NCBI GenBank assembly: GCA_031549385.1
Contig: JAVBPW010000004.1
Span: forward strand, 28,184-92,183
Source: Alphaproteobacteria bacterium
GTDB taxonomy: Bacteria; Pseudomonadota; Alphaproteobacteria; Rs-D84; SZUA-605
Direction of reading: 5' to 3'
Length of the DNA stretch: 64,000 nt
Below the pieces are notes generated by a model. It saw only the letters and a list, made by a program, of their open reading frames with translations. It ran no database searches and had not been told where the DNA came from. Every line of letters starts with the position of its first letter. Within the stretch, counting starts at the first letter, position 1. Both the position numbers and the translations under genes were made by a program. This document shows positions 19,381-29,194 of the stretch, piece by piece.

Positions 19381-19650
19381 TTAATTTACTATAGGATAAA
19401 CTTTATCTTTTTCATCCTCGCTAGTCCCATCAGCTCCATCTTCTTTTATATGAATATGTGGTTGAGGTTTATCAAATTCATGACATTCAACTCTTTTTGA
19501 AGTGTCGTCAACAGATGTAATAGTAAATCTATTTTTATCATCAAAGGTCATGCTTGAGGTTGCGTCTGAACCTACATGTTCTTTAATAATTTCAACGGCT
19601 TCTGAAGGTGTCACAGGTGGCATCATTTCATGATTTTTTTTATTGCTCAT
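19381..19650 (-). CDS. Hypothetical protein with an H...PHxH motif
   Basis: 89-aa ORF containing RVECHEFDKPQPHIHI; TTGACA upstream at 19725-19730. Confidence 0.55.
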   Translation of the reverse strand: MSNKKNHEMMPPVTPSEAVEIIKEHVGSDATSSMTFDDKNRFTITSVDDTSKRVECHEFDKPQPHIHIKEDGADGTSEDEKDKVYPIVN

Positions 19651-19767
19651 AAAATTTTATTTTTTATATGATTTATATGTTTATTTAATTAATACAATTT
19701 ACATATAAAACGCAAACGCAAAATTGTCAATTATAATTAATAAGAACAAGTTCATAATAAATAAAAA

Positions 19768-20442
19768 CTATTTAACTAATTTTTCTAATATTTGTTGATT
19801 GCCAAGAAGATTTGTTCCAGCATCTTTAAATGAGCCAGATGTATTAAGAGTGTCAGTAATCATTTCCATTCCAGAAATTCCAGAGCTTTTTAAAACTTTT
19901 TCTAAAACTCCACCCCAGACTTTAACTTTTTTAAATGTACATGTACTTTTTTGTGCTTTAGTAATTAATTTTTTTTCATCATCAGATAAAGATGACGACC
20001 ATAGATAAGATAACTGTTGGGCAACTCTAGCAACTTCTCCACTATCTTCAGCAAAAGTTGAAAAAGGTTTAAGATCAATTTCTCCTGGCTTGAATTCTAT
20101 TTTTTCAGGAGCTCCTTTTTTTTCAGAAGATTTTTTGATTTCTCTATTTTCAACATTTTTTGTAATCTCTTGTTGAATTCTTAATCCACTCATAACTTCT
20201 CCAGTTCCGCCGCCTTTAAGTTTTAATTCTGAATTATATTCCAAAGCAAGATAATAAACTGTTCCAATTTCTGTTTCAGAAAATACGCAATCTTCATTAG
20301 ATTGTTTTAAATTAGACGCAGTAGACTTCATTTCTTCAACATAGCCCATACCTTTAACTAAAAGTTCTGCATCAATTTGTGCAAACCCTGAATTAATAGG
20401 CAAAATTGCAGCTAATAAAGATAAAAAAGCTATTTTTTTCAA
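19768..20442 (-). CDS. Hypothetical exported protein
   Basis: TTG start with SD-like GAGGG; signal peptide (…SGFA|Q). Confidence 0.6.
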   Translation of the reverse strand: MKKIAFLSLLAAILPINSGFAQIDAELLVKGMGYVEEMKSTASNLKQSNEDCVFSETEIGTVYYLALEYNSELKLKGGGTGEVMSGLRIQQEITKNVENREIKKSSEKKGAPEKIEFKPGEIDLKPFSTFAEDSGEVARVAQQLSYLWSSSLSDDEKKLITKAQKSTCTFKKVKVWGGVLEKVLKSSGISGMEMITDTLNTSGSFKDAGTNLLGNQQILEKLVK

Positions 20443-20554
20443 ATCAAACCCTCTCTGACAGATATTATATCACAAAATTAGTCTAAAATTAAGCAAAAAA
20501 TCAAAAAGGGCAAAATATATTGTTTTTAGCAAATATTCAATCTATAATAAGGAC

Positions 20555-23209
20555 ATGGACAAGAGAAAATTATATTTAATAGACGCATCATCATTTATTT
20601 GGCGAGCTTTTTACGGACTGCCGCTTTTAACTAATTCAAAGGGTGCTTATGTTAATGCAATAACGGGTTTTGGTACAATGATAGTAAGTTTTCTAACCAG
20701 TAAAAAGATAATAGAAAACGGAGATAAAGTTTTAATAATCTTTGATGCAGATCGTAATAATTTTCGCCACGAAATTTATCCAGAATATAAAGGTAACCGC
20801 AAAGAGCCTCCAAAAGAAATAGTCCCGCAATTTGCTATAATAAAAGATATGGTAAAAGCGTTTGATTTACCTTCATTAGAAATCCTAGGTGTAGAAGCAG
20901 ACGATTTAATAGCTTCATATGCAAAAAAAGCCAAAGAAACAGGGCAGGATGTAGTAATAATTTCATCAGATAAAGATTTGATGCAATTAATCAATGGTCA
21001 TATAAAAATGTATGACCCTATGAAAGATAAGTCTTATGAGATTGAAGATGTTATTGAAAAGTTTGGAGTAACTCCAGATCAAGTAGTAACCTATCAAGCA
21101 ATCACGGGTGATGCTTCAGATAACATTCCAGGTATTCCGGGTCTTGGTCCAAAAGCTGCTCAAAGTTTAATTCAAGAATATAGTACATTAGATAATATTT
21201 TTGCAAATATTGATAAAATTACACCTATCTCAAAAAGGGAAAAAATCATAAATGGAAAAGAAAGTGCATTGATCTCGTATAGGTTAGCAATGTTAAAAAA
21301 TGACATAGATTTACCTATTAAAATAGACTCCATAGAAGAGATTCATTTCAACGAAGAAAATGTAATAAAGTTTTGTGAAGTTTATGGTTTAAACAAGGTA
21401 AAAACCACAGTGTTAAAACTAATGAATACAAAAAGTCGACAAACAAATATAATTTATAAATCAAATAGATATGATAAAGACATAAAGGAAATTATAAACT
21501 TTAAAAAAGTCCATATTTATCCGTTTTTCGACAATAAAAAAATCTTTGAAAAAGGTCTTTCAGGACTAAGTATTTGTGATGACGTAAGTTCTTATTTTAT
21601 ACCTTTAAAAAAGTTAGGTCAAAAAGATTTATTTGCAGGTGATGATGATAATTTTAATGATGAATTAAATAAAGAGAGTATAAAAATTTTCTTAAAATCT
21701 CTTTTTGAAGACAATTCAATACAAAAGATAATTTATGATACAAAAACATTGTTTCATGCACTATCAAATGAGTATAATATAACTATAAATAATTATGAAG
21801 ATGTTCATACTTTATTGTTTTCTGTTTTTGGTTTATCAAAAGGAATTGATTTTGAAACTTCTGCATTAAACATAACTCAAAGAACAATAGAAAAACAATA
21901 TTCAGATAATAAAAAAGATTTCGAAAATCTTTCACAAAATTCTGCAACTGTAAAAAATGTTTATGATTTTATTATAGATAAAATTTCAAACAATCCAGAA
22001 CAAGAAAAATTATATAAAGTGGTAGATAAACCATTAATAGAAATTTTATTTAAAATGGAACAACAAGGTATCTTTTTTAATAAAGAAACGTTAAATGATT
22101 TAAAATCAGACTTTTCAAAAAGTTTATCATTATTGCAAGATGAAATTTATAAATTATCAGGTGAAGAATTTAATATAGCATCTCCAAAACAACTAGGTGA
22201 AGTGTTATTTGAAAAGATGAAATTACCTTATTCAGGAAAGAAAAAAGATAATTATGAAACAGGGGTAAAACAGCTAAGCCTTTTATCGGAACAAGGATAT
22301 AAAATAGCTGATTTACTGCTAGATTATCGTGCATTATCAAAACTTATATCAACATACACTCAAACTTTAATAGATGAAATTTCACCATCAGATAAAAGAA
22401 TTCATACAACATTTTTACAAAACAATGTAAACACAGGAAGGTTAGCTTCAGTTAATCCTAATTTACAAAATATTCCAATAAAAACGGAGTTAGGAAAAAG
22501 TATAAGAAAAGCATTTGTATCTAAAGAAGGTTACTCATTAATCAGCTGTGATTATTCACAAATCGAACTTAGAATTATGGCGCATATAGCAAATGTAAAA
22601 AATCTAATTACAGCATTTGATAATAATGAAGATATTCACACATCAACAGCAAAGAAGATTTTCAAAAAAGATGAAGTAGGTCCAACAGAAAGACGTTTTG
22701 CAAAAACAATAAATTTTGGAATAATTTATGGGATGTCATCATTTGGTTTATCTCAAAGTTTAAACATATCAAGAGAAGATGCAAAAGAATTTATAGATAA
22801 ATATTTTGAAATCTATCCGGAAATTTTAACATATATGAAATCAAAACAAGAAGAAGCAAAAAACAATGGCTATGTGGAAACATTGTTTCACAGAAGATGT
22901 TTCTTTGGTACAGGTTCAAATGAGGGTTTGAATTATGTAAACCGTGCAGCTATAAATGCGCCAATCCAGGGAACTGCTGCAGACCTTCTTCGTATGGTAA
23001 TGAACAAATTACCATCTAAGTTAGAAGAAAAGGGTTTATCAGCCAAATTACTCCTCCAAATCCATGACGAATTGGTTTTGGAAGTAAAAGATGAGGAAAT
23101 AGAAGCTACAAAAGAGGTTTTAAAGGAAGTTATGGAAAATATAGTAACTCTAGCAGTTCCGCTTAAAATCGACTCTTCTTCTGGCAAAACTCTATATGAT
23201 ATACATTAA
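20555..23209 (+). CDS. polA: DNA polymerase I
   Basis: 5'-3' exonuclease motifs (LIDASS, EADD, GDASDNIPG); polymerase motifs TGRLAS, DYSQIELR, AKTINFGIIYG, QIHDEL. Confidence 0.97.
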   Translation: MDKRKLYLIDASSFIWRAFYGLPLLTNSKGAYVNAITGFGTMIVSFLTSKKIIENGDKVLIIFDADRNNFRHEIYPEYKGNRKEPPKEIVPQFAIIKDMVKAFDLPSLEILGVEADDLIASYAKKAKETGQDVVIISSDKDLMQLINGHIKMYDPMKDKSYEIEDVIEKFGVTPDQVVTYQAITGDASDNIPGIPGLGPKAAQSLIQEYSTLDNIFANIDKITPISKREKIINGKESALISYRLAMLKNDIDLPIKIDSIEEIHFNEENVIKFCEVYGLNKVKTTVLKLMNTKSRQTNIIYKSNRYDKDIKEIINFKKVHIYPFFDNKKIFEKGLSGLSICDDVSSYFIPLKKLGQKDLFAGDDDNFNDELNKESIKIFLKSLFEDNSIQKIIYDTKTLFHALSNEYNITINNYEDVHTLLFSVFGLSKGIDFETSALNITQRTIEKQYSDNKKDFENLSQNSATVKNVYDFIIDKISNNPEQEKLYKVVDKPLIEILFKMEQQGIFFNKETLNDLKSDFSKSLSLLQDEIYKLSGEEFNIASPKQLGEVLFEKMKLPYSGKKKDNYETGVKQLSLLSEQGYKIADLLLDYRALSKLISTYTQTLIDEISPSDKRIHTTFLQNNVNTGRLASVNPNLQNIPIKTELGKSIRKAFVSKEGYSLISCDYSQIELRIMAHIANVKNLITAFDNNEDIHTSTAKKIFKKDEVGPTERRFAKTINFGIIYGMSSFGLSQSLNISREDAKEFIDKYFEIYPEILTYMKSKQEEAKNNGYVETLFHRRCFFGTGSNEGLNYVNRAAINAPIQGTAADLLRMVMNKLPSKLEEKGLSAKLLLQIHDELVLEVKDEEIEATKEVLKEVMENIVTLAVPLKIDSSSGKTLYDIH

Positions 23210-23213
23210 TTAG

Positions 23214-23242
23214 TTGACAATTTAACAAATTTTTCTTATATT
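23214..23242 (+). promoter_or_regulatory. Putative sigma70 promoter
   Basis: TTGACA-17 nt-TATATT. Confidence 0.65.
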
Positions 23243-23284
23243 AGGTTTAAACTTAAAATAAGTAATAAATTTAAACCTATAGTT

Positions 23285-23764
23285 ATGTATAATAAAGAAT
23301 ATTTCGAGCAAATGTTTGGAGTTGATTCAAGATTTGTGGTAGAATGGGTAGTAATTGTTTCTATCGGAAAAGAAAAAATTTTTGGAACAACTCTTCTTTC
23401 TGATTATCCGTTAAATATTATGCGGTATCAAGAAACTGATCATTATGAAGTAGGGCAAAAAATTCCCTGCTTAATGCGAAAACAAAATGGGCAATATCCT
23501 GAGTATGTTGTTCCTATCGAAAAAATCAAAAAGTTCCGTCGGGAAGGTTGCGAGGAAGAAAATGGTTCAATAGTGTTTGAGGATGATGAAAGAGATCTTT
23601 TTTATCTTTGGTTTGATGATCCGGAAATGAAAAAAGTTTCTTCCGTATGGACAGATTATAAAATTGATAAAGATCTTCCTTTGTTTCCAATTGTTTGTGT
23701 ATCTCCAACGGAATGTTTTGTCATAGATGACAGGCGTATTGTTGCCGCGCTAACTGATTGGTAA
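23285..23764 (+). CDS. Hypothetical protein (orphan)
   Basis: 159-aa ORF with its own promoter and a downstream terminator. Confidence 0.6.
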   Translation: MYNKEYFEQMFGVDSRFVVEWVVIVSIGKEKIFGTTLLSDYPLNIMRYQETDHYEVGQKIPCLMRKQNGQYPEYVVPIEKIKKFRREGCEEENGSIVFEDDERDLFYLWFDDPEMKKVSSVWTDYKIDKDLPLFPIVCVSPTECFVIDDRRIVAALTDW

Positions 23765-23782
23765 TTTTCAAAATTTACGTAT

Positions 23783-23808
23783 AAAAGCTGAGATTTTCAG
23801 CTTTTTTT
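23783..23808. terminator. Bidirectional intrinsic terminator
   Basis: AAAAGCTGA-GATTT-TCAGCTTTTTTT between convergent genes. Confidence 0.65.
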
Positions 23809-25596
23809 ATTATATTGATTATCAAAAAACTTCTTTATATTTTCAGCAATATTTTTTGAAATCCCATTAACTTTCATAAGTTCAGAAATGCTAGCTTCTT
23901 TAATGTTTACAACACTTCCAAAATAATTCATTAAAGCTTTTCTCTTTCCGTCTCCTATACCTTCAATCTTATCAAGTTCAGAAGTAAAATTAGTTTTCAT
24001 TCTTTTCTTTTGATTTCGAGTAATAGCAAATCTATGAACTTCATCACGCAATCTTTCTAAAAATAAAAGTTGTGGAGTTCCTTTTTCATATTTAATAGTT
24101 TCTCCATTACTTAAGTAAATAGTTTCATCACGAGAATTTCGAGTTTCACCTTTAGCAATACATGCAATAAGTATATCTAATTTTAATTCATCTAAAACGA
24201 GCTTTACTGCATTAAGTTGTGTTCGACCTCCATCTATTAAAATAAGATCAGGAAGTCTTTCTTTTTTCTGATAACGTCTAAAAATAGTTTCATTCATCAT
24301 CTTTAAATCATCTCCATTGGTAGAAGATGATAAGTTGTAATATCTGTAATCATTCTTACTAAACTTCTCATTACTAAAAACAATCATAGCTCCAATTGGA
24401 CTAGTCTTTGCCAAATGAGAATTATCAAAAACTTCAATTTTTGCCAAATTGGACTTCGTTTTAAAATCATCTTTTATTAAATTAAGTGTAAATTTTAACT
24501 CTTTGATAGATAAAGATTTTTCATCTAACAGTCTTTTAGCATTTTCTTCATATTGTTTCATAAATTCTAATTTTGTACTTGTCTTAGGAACAAGGATTTG
24601 CACTTTAAGTGCATCCTCTAAAAGTTTATGATTTTCTACTTCTTTATTAACATATATTGTCTTAGGTAAAAGATTGGTTTTATAAAATTGAGATATAAAT
24701 TGTTCTAAAATTTCTCCTTCAGACAAGTCATCAATTTGTTTAGGGAAAAATTTATCAAATCCCTTAAAAAATCCGTTTTCAAAAAAGTTAGCAACTATAC
24801 AACATTTGTCTTCATCTTTATAAATACAAAAAACATGTGCATTTTCTTTTTTGAAAACATTAACTAAACTTGTTCCAATAATATTATTAATAGATTTAAT
24901 TTTATCTCGAATATTTCCTGCTTTTTCAAATTCCATATTTTTACTAAAACAATTCATTTGTTCTATAAGGTCAGTTTTTAAGTTATCGTTTTTACCTTTT
25001 AAAAAATCAATAGCATCTTTAACATTTCTTTTATAGTCTTCTTCTGAAATCATGTCACAGCAAGGTCCAGAGCATTTTTTTATTTGATATAATAAGCATG
25101 GTCTAACTCTATTTTTAAAAAAGTTATTATTACATGTTCTTATACCAAAAACTGTTTGTAAAATTTTCATAACTTCATCAACAGAAGCAATGGATGCAAA
25201 AGGTCCAAAATATGTAACTCCTTTTACATTGCCTCTATATTTAGAAATTCGTGGAAACTTATCATCGGTGAAAATAATATAAGGATATGTTTTATCGTCC
25301 ATCAATAAAATATTATAAGGTGGTTCAAATTTTTTAATTAAATCACCTTCAAGTATAAATGCTTCTTCTTCTGATTTAGTAACAATAGTTTCAATATTAA
25401 CAGTCTTAGAAATCATAACTTGATTTTTATAAACCAGGTTATTGTATTGCAAATAGGATTTAAGTCTTTTTTGTAAATTTTTAGCCTTTCCGACATACAA
25501 AATAGCATTGTTTTTATCAAGCATTTGATAAACGCCACTTTTGGTAGAGGCGTTATCTATGATTTTTTTTAAAATTTCCAGGTTCTTTTTAATCAT
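23797..25596 (-). CDS. uvrC: Excinuclease ABC subunit C
   Basis: GVYQM...YVGKAKNL GIY-YIG domain, DDKTYPY, IEVFDNSH, PDLILIDGG, RDEVHRFA, C-terminal HhH. Confidence 0.96.
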   Translation of the reverse strand: MIKKNLEILKKIIDNASTKSGVYQMLDKNNAILYVGKAKNLQKRLKSYLQYNNLVYKNQVMISKTVNIETIVTKSEEEAFILEGDLIKKFEPPYNILLMDDKTYPYIIFTDDKFPRISKYRGNVKGVTYFGPFASIASVDEVMKILQTVFGIRTCNNNFFKNRVRPCLLYQIKKCSGPCCDMISEEDYKRNVKDAIDFLKGKNDNLKTDLIEQMNCFSKNMEFEKAGNIRDKIKSINNIIGTSLVNVFKKENAHVFCIYKDEDKCCIVANFFENGFFKGFDKFFPKQIDDLSEGEILEQFISQFYKTNLLPKTIYVNKEVENHKLLEDALKVQILVPKTSTKLEFMKQYEENAKRLLDEKSLSIKELKFTLNLIKDDFKTKSNLAKIEVFDNSHLAKTSPIGAMIVFSNEKFSKNDYRYYNLSSSTNGDDLKMMNETIFRRYQKKERLPDLILIDGGRTQLNAVKLVLDELKLDILIACIAKGETRNSRDETIYLSNGETIKYEKGTPQLLFLERLRDEVHRFAITRNQKKRMKTNFTSELDKIEGIGDGKRKALMNYFGSVVNIKEASISELMKVNGISKNIAENIKKFFDNQYNKKS

Positions 25597-25665
25597 TTTT
25601 TCTTTATTTCTCGGCTATTTTGTGGTATAATGTGACCATCATCACAATAACTATAGGAGAAAGAA

Positions 25666-26136
25666 ATGGTAAAATCAACAAGAGAATCAGGAAGAACTAT
25701 GATTGAAACACTGGGTGTGTTGGCTATCATAGGTATTTTAACAATCGGATCAATTGGATTATATTCGATAGCGATGCGTCAGCTTAATCGTTCACAAGCT
25801 GTTCAAGACGTTCAATTGCTCGTTCAACAAATTCGTTCAGTTTTTTCAGGTGCTGAAGATTACAGTCGTGTAGACAGTGGTATTATTATAGCATCTGGTT
25901 TAAAAGAAGCTAATCCATTTGGTGGAAAATATGTAGTTACTCCAGGAAAAACTGATACAAAGACATTTGATATTCAAATGACAGGTTTAGGAAAATCAGA
26001 CTGTGAATACTTTAAAATATACAATTGGGAAGATTCTGTAGAACATCAGAAGACAAAACAAGGCGGAGCAACAGCTCAACCAGTTAACTGTAATGATGCA
26101 AACAGTCAAAACATAATAACTATTACATACAGATAG
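25666..26136 (+). CDS. Type IV pilin-like protein (PilS-like)
   Basis: Class III signal ESG|RTMIETLGVLAIIG with Glu+5; NPFGG motif; C-terminal Cys pair. Confidence 0.8.
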   Translation: MVKSTRESGRTMIETLGVLAIIGILTIGSIGLYSIAMRQLNRSQAVQDVQLLVQQIRSVFSGAEDYSRVDSGIIIASGLKEANPFGGKYVVTPGKTDTKTFDIQMTGLGKSDCEYFKIYNWEDSVEHQKTKQGGATAQPVNCNDANSQNIITITYR

Positions 26137-26152
26137 TAGTTTATTAAAAAAT

Positions 26153-26182
26153 AAGAGGTAGGCCAAAAGCTTGCCTTTTTTA
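26153..26182 (+). terminator. Intrinsic terminator
   Basis: AAGAGGTAGGC-CAAAA-GCTTGCCTTTT. Confidence 0.6.
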
Positions 26183-26206
26183 TTTAATTTATGATATAAT
26201 CAACCT

Positions 26207-27565
26207 ATGGAAATCAAAATAGACAGTTTTAGTGGCTCAAAGAAACCGTTCTCTCATCAAGTTCAAACTGCTGAGTTTTTAATCAATCAAAAGAAATGTT
26301 TGTGTTTAAATGGAATTGGAAGCGGCAAAACTCTTTCAACTTATTGGGCTCTTGATTATCTTATAAGTCATGGCTTAGCAAAAAAAGTATTGGTTCTGAC
26401 AACATTATCAACAATAATAGATACTCATTATCAAACTTTAGCGGATCAATTTCCTCATCTTTTTGTAACTTACAGTTTTGGAAAGAAAGAAGATAAAGTA
26501 AAAGCGTTAAGAAAAAGTGCTAATGTTTATATATTGAATCATGACTCTGCAAGAACGATGTTTACAGAAATAATGGAAGCAAATTTTGATGTAGTAATAG
26601 TAGATGAAGTGTCATTATTTAAAAACCGCACAAGCTTACGTACTAAGTGTTTAAGAAAGATAGTTAGATCAAAAAATTGCAATTATTTTTGGGGGTTAAC
26701 TGGAACTCCGTGTGCGAATAATAATCCTATTAATGCATGGACATTAAAAGATATATTTTCAGATCCAGATATTAATTTTATGAAATTTAGATATCAAACA
26801 ATGATAGCAATTCAAAAAAGAAATTCATGGATAAAATTTTATAAACCAAAACCAAACATTCAAAACGATATAATAAATATTTTGCAACCATCAATAAGAA
26901 TAGAGCCGCCAGCAGAATTTTTTATTGAAGAATTACCGCCAGAATTAAGATACTGTCCTTTATCAGAAGAATTCAGGGCAGAGTATAATGATGTGTTAAA
27001 ATCAATGCAGGCAACTAAAAACAATCCAGATGCTTTGTCTGCTCAATTTATAAAATTACGTATGTTGCAATGTGGGTATTCTAAGGATAAAGAGTTAGTA
27101 AATTTCACATCTAAAATAGAAGAATGTAAAAACATAATAGACGACTCTGAAAACAAAATAATTATCTTTTGTCCATACATAGAACCGCTAAAGCAAACAC
27201 AAAAAGAATTGTCAAAACAATACGATACGACTTGTATATATGGTGATACTTCAGCAGAAGAAAGAGCTAAAATTTTTGCAGAATTTCAAAATTCTGACAA
27301 GTATAAAGTGTTGGTTGCTCACCCAAACTGTATGGCTCATGGTATAACTTTAACCAGAGCTAATATAGTAATCTATTTTTCTCCACCAAATGGTACGGAA
27401 ATATATATTCAATCAAAGGGAAGGGTAAAAAGATATGGGCAAAAGTTTCCAATAAAGATAGTTCAATTGTATTCAAGTTTAATTGAAAAGAAAATGTACT
27501 ACAAGTTAGATAATAATGAAGATTTCCAAAATGATATATTGGAATTAATTCAAAATAAAGAATAA
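26207..27565 (+). CDS. SNF2-related SF2 helicase (compact, phage-like)
   Basis: HQ motif, GIGSGKT, IVDEVS, LTGTP, HGITLT, QSKGRVKRYGQ. Confidence 0.85.
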   Translation: MEIKIDSFSGSKKPFSHQVQTAEFLINQKKCLCLNGIGSGKTLSTYWALDYLISHGLAKKVLVLTTLSTIIDTHYQTLADQFPHLFVTYSFGKKEDKVKALRKSANVYILNHDSARTMFTEIMEANFDVVIVDEVSLFKNRTSLRTKCLRKIVRSKNCNYFWGLTGTPCANNNPINAWTLKDIFSDPDINFMKFRYQTMIAIQKRNSWIKFYKPKPNIQNDIINILQPSIRIEPPAEFFIEELPPELRYCPLSEEFRAEYNDVLKSMQATKNNPDALSAQFIKLRMLQCGYSKDKELVNFTSKIEECKNIIDDSENKIIIFCPYIEPLKQTQKELSKQYDTTCIYGDTSAEERAKIFAEFQNSDKYKVLVAHPNCMAHGITLTRANIVIYFSPPNGTEIYIQSKGRVKRYGQKFPIKIVQLYSSLIEKKMYYKLDNNEDFQNDILELIQNKE

Positions 27566-27594
27566 AAAAGGTTAGAAAATTTCTAACCTTTTTT
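27564..27594. terminator. Bidirectional intrinsic terminator
   Basis: AAAAAAGGTTAGA-loop-TCTAACCTTTTTT. Confidence 0.7.
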
Positions 27595-27740
27595 ATTTAA
27601 AGCTTCTTGGGTCTTTTAAAAATTCATCATACTTTAAAGTAAATATTGTTTTGAAATCTGGTTTTTTAAAAACTGCATCAACAAATTTATAAAATTAATT
27701 TAATTAAAATTCTAATATGAAATTATTGATTGTCAATTGA

Positions 27741-28340
27741 TTATTTAAGGTATTCGCTGAGTTTAGCTAAAACTTTATTTAAAGTGATAAATGTAGGTTC
27801 ATCATGAGTTTCCACAACTATATCTGCTTCTTGATAAACGGGGTATCTCATTTCAATTAATTTTTGTAAAATCTTTCGTGGTTTATCACGCAAAAGAATA
27901 GGGCGTCCATCTTTACGATTTGTGCGTTTTACAAGTAAATCTAAATCAGCTTTAAGCCAAATAGAAATTCCATTCTTTTTTATAATAGCTCTAGTATTTT
28001 TATTAATGAATGCTCCTTCACCAGTTGAAAGAATTTTTATTAAAGGTGGTGTTTCGATAACGCGTCTAACTACGCTAGTTTCTCCCTTTCGAAAGTATTC
28101 TTCACCATGCATAGAAAATATATCGGAAATGGAAAGTCCTGAAGCTTTTTCAATCTCATGATCTGAATCCATAAATACAAGGTCTAATTTAGTTGCAAGT
28201 TTTTTTCCAATGGAAGTTTTACCTGCTCCCATTAAGCCTACTAATATAATAGGTTTGTTAATCTTACGCTTTAATTCCTCTAAATTAAATTGTGTTTCAG
28301 TCATAAAAATGATTATAGAATATAAATGAAAAAAAATCAA
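27741..28340 (-). CDS. aroK: Shikimate kinase
   Basis: GLMGAGKT, DSDHEIE, GEEYFR, STGEGA, RP lid. True start is probably the Met of MTETQ (28304). Confidence 0.92.
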   Translation of the reverse strand: MIFFHLYSIIIFMTETQFNLEELKRKINKPIILVGLMGAGKTSIGKKLATKLDLVFMDSDHEIEKASGLSISDIFSMHGEEYFRKGETSVVRRVIETPPLIKILSTGEGAFINKNTRAIIKKNGISIWLKADLDLLVKRTNRKDGRPILLRDKPRKILQKLIEMRYPVYQEADIVVETHDEPTFITLNKVLAKLSEYLK

Positions 28341-28371
28341 TTAAAAGCTTTGTATTAAAAGAAGAAATGTG

Positions 28372-28656
28372 TTATATGGTTTTATTTTTTCTTATCCAAA
28401 TCCACTTTTCTTCAGGAAGCCATCCTTGGTAGTTTCCTGTAGAAATGTCAATGTTTGAAATAAAAAATCTATTATTTGGTAACGCTTTTTTAAATCTTTC
28501 ATATAATACATTTATTTCAGTGTTAGAGGTTAGTAAATAAACACCGGGTACAATACGTAGCCAATTTAAACACATATCTAGTTTTTGTTTTAATATCTCG
28601 GTGCTATAAATCTGTGTAGTGTCTATAGTTAGGATTAAATTTCTTTTATTTACCAT
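28372..28656 (-). CDS. Small hypothetical protein, possibly Cas2/VapD-like ferredoxin fold
   Basis: ATG 28656 has SD GAGGT within the upstream gene; C-terminal YQGWLPEEKWIWI pattern. Confidence 0.55.
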   Translation of the reverse strand: MVNKRNLILTIDTTQIYSTEILKQKLDMCLNWLRIVPGVYLLTSNTEINVLYERFKKALPNNRFFISNIDISTGNYQGWLPEEKWIWIRKNKTI

Positions 28657-29053
28657 TTTCAACCTCTTGTTTATCTGGATTTAAATGAGTTAAATTTGTA
28701 ATTTCCATAGCTGGTAGTTCTTGGTGTTTTGTTGGGTTTAAATAAATATCTCCATTTTTATTATCTGGCATTCCTTGTTCAAGTATAGTCATTCGTTCAA
28801 TATGTTTTTCACTTTGTAATCTTTTAGGGTCTTTTATTGCAAACCATATTCCTATAAAAGTTATTAGTATTATTGATAATAGTAAAATTATTACAGCAAT
28901 TATTTGTATAAAAAGAATGTTTACACATATTAATAGTATAGTCATTAATAAGGAAATGCCTAACCCGTATTGAACAAAACTGGTTAACACATTTTTTTGT
29001 TCTCGTACATTGAAAGCTACACCTTGTTTTATATTTAATCCAAACTTGGTCAT
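28646..29053 (-). CDS. Hypothetical 2-TM membrane protein
   Basis: Two adjacent hydrophobic helices followed by KDPKRLQSE; SD AAGG. Confidence 0.65.
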   Translation of the reverse strand: MTKFGLNIKQGVAFNVREQKNVLTSFVQYGLGISLLMTILLICVNILFIQIIAVIILLLSIILITFIGIWFAIKDPKRLQSEKHIERMTILEQGMPDNKNGDIYLNPTKHQELPAMEITNLTHLNPDKQEVENGK

Positions 29054-29144
29054 TTATTGCCTTTTATCTAAATTTTAATGTTTAAAATCATATTAAAATA
29101 TAGATATTTAAAAATCAATTATAAAATGTTTGAGGTAAAATGGA

Positions 29145-29194
29145 GGCGGCACTTTTTTCGTTTAGGGAAGGGAAGGAGAAAAAGAAATGCCGCC
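29145..29194 (-). other. GC-clamped stem-loop with a pyrimidine (anti-SD-like) loop; terminator or sRNA
   Basis: Minus strand GGCGGCATTTCTTTTT-CTCCTTCCCTTCCCTAAAC-GAAAAAAGTGCCGCC. Confidence 0.45.

Noticed and set aside
16081-20442. tRNA-Glu as the attachment site of an integrated island
   Set aside because: No integrase and no duplicated tRNA 3' end were seen in the window.
21450-22000. Degenerate 3'-5' exonuclease domain in PolA
   Set aside because: Loss of proofreading motifs is common in bacterial Pol I and is not novel.
13205-28662. Prophage (MuF motif, lysozyme, SNF2 helicase)
   Set aside because: The phage-like genes are isolated among core genes (polA, uvrC, aroK); no integrase, terminase or structural module is present.
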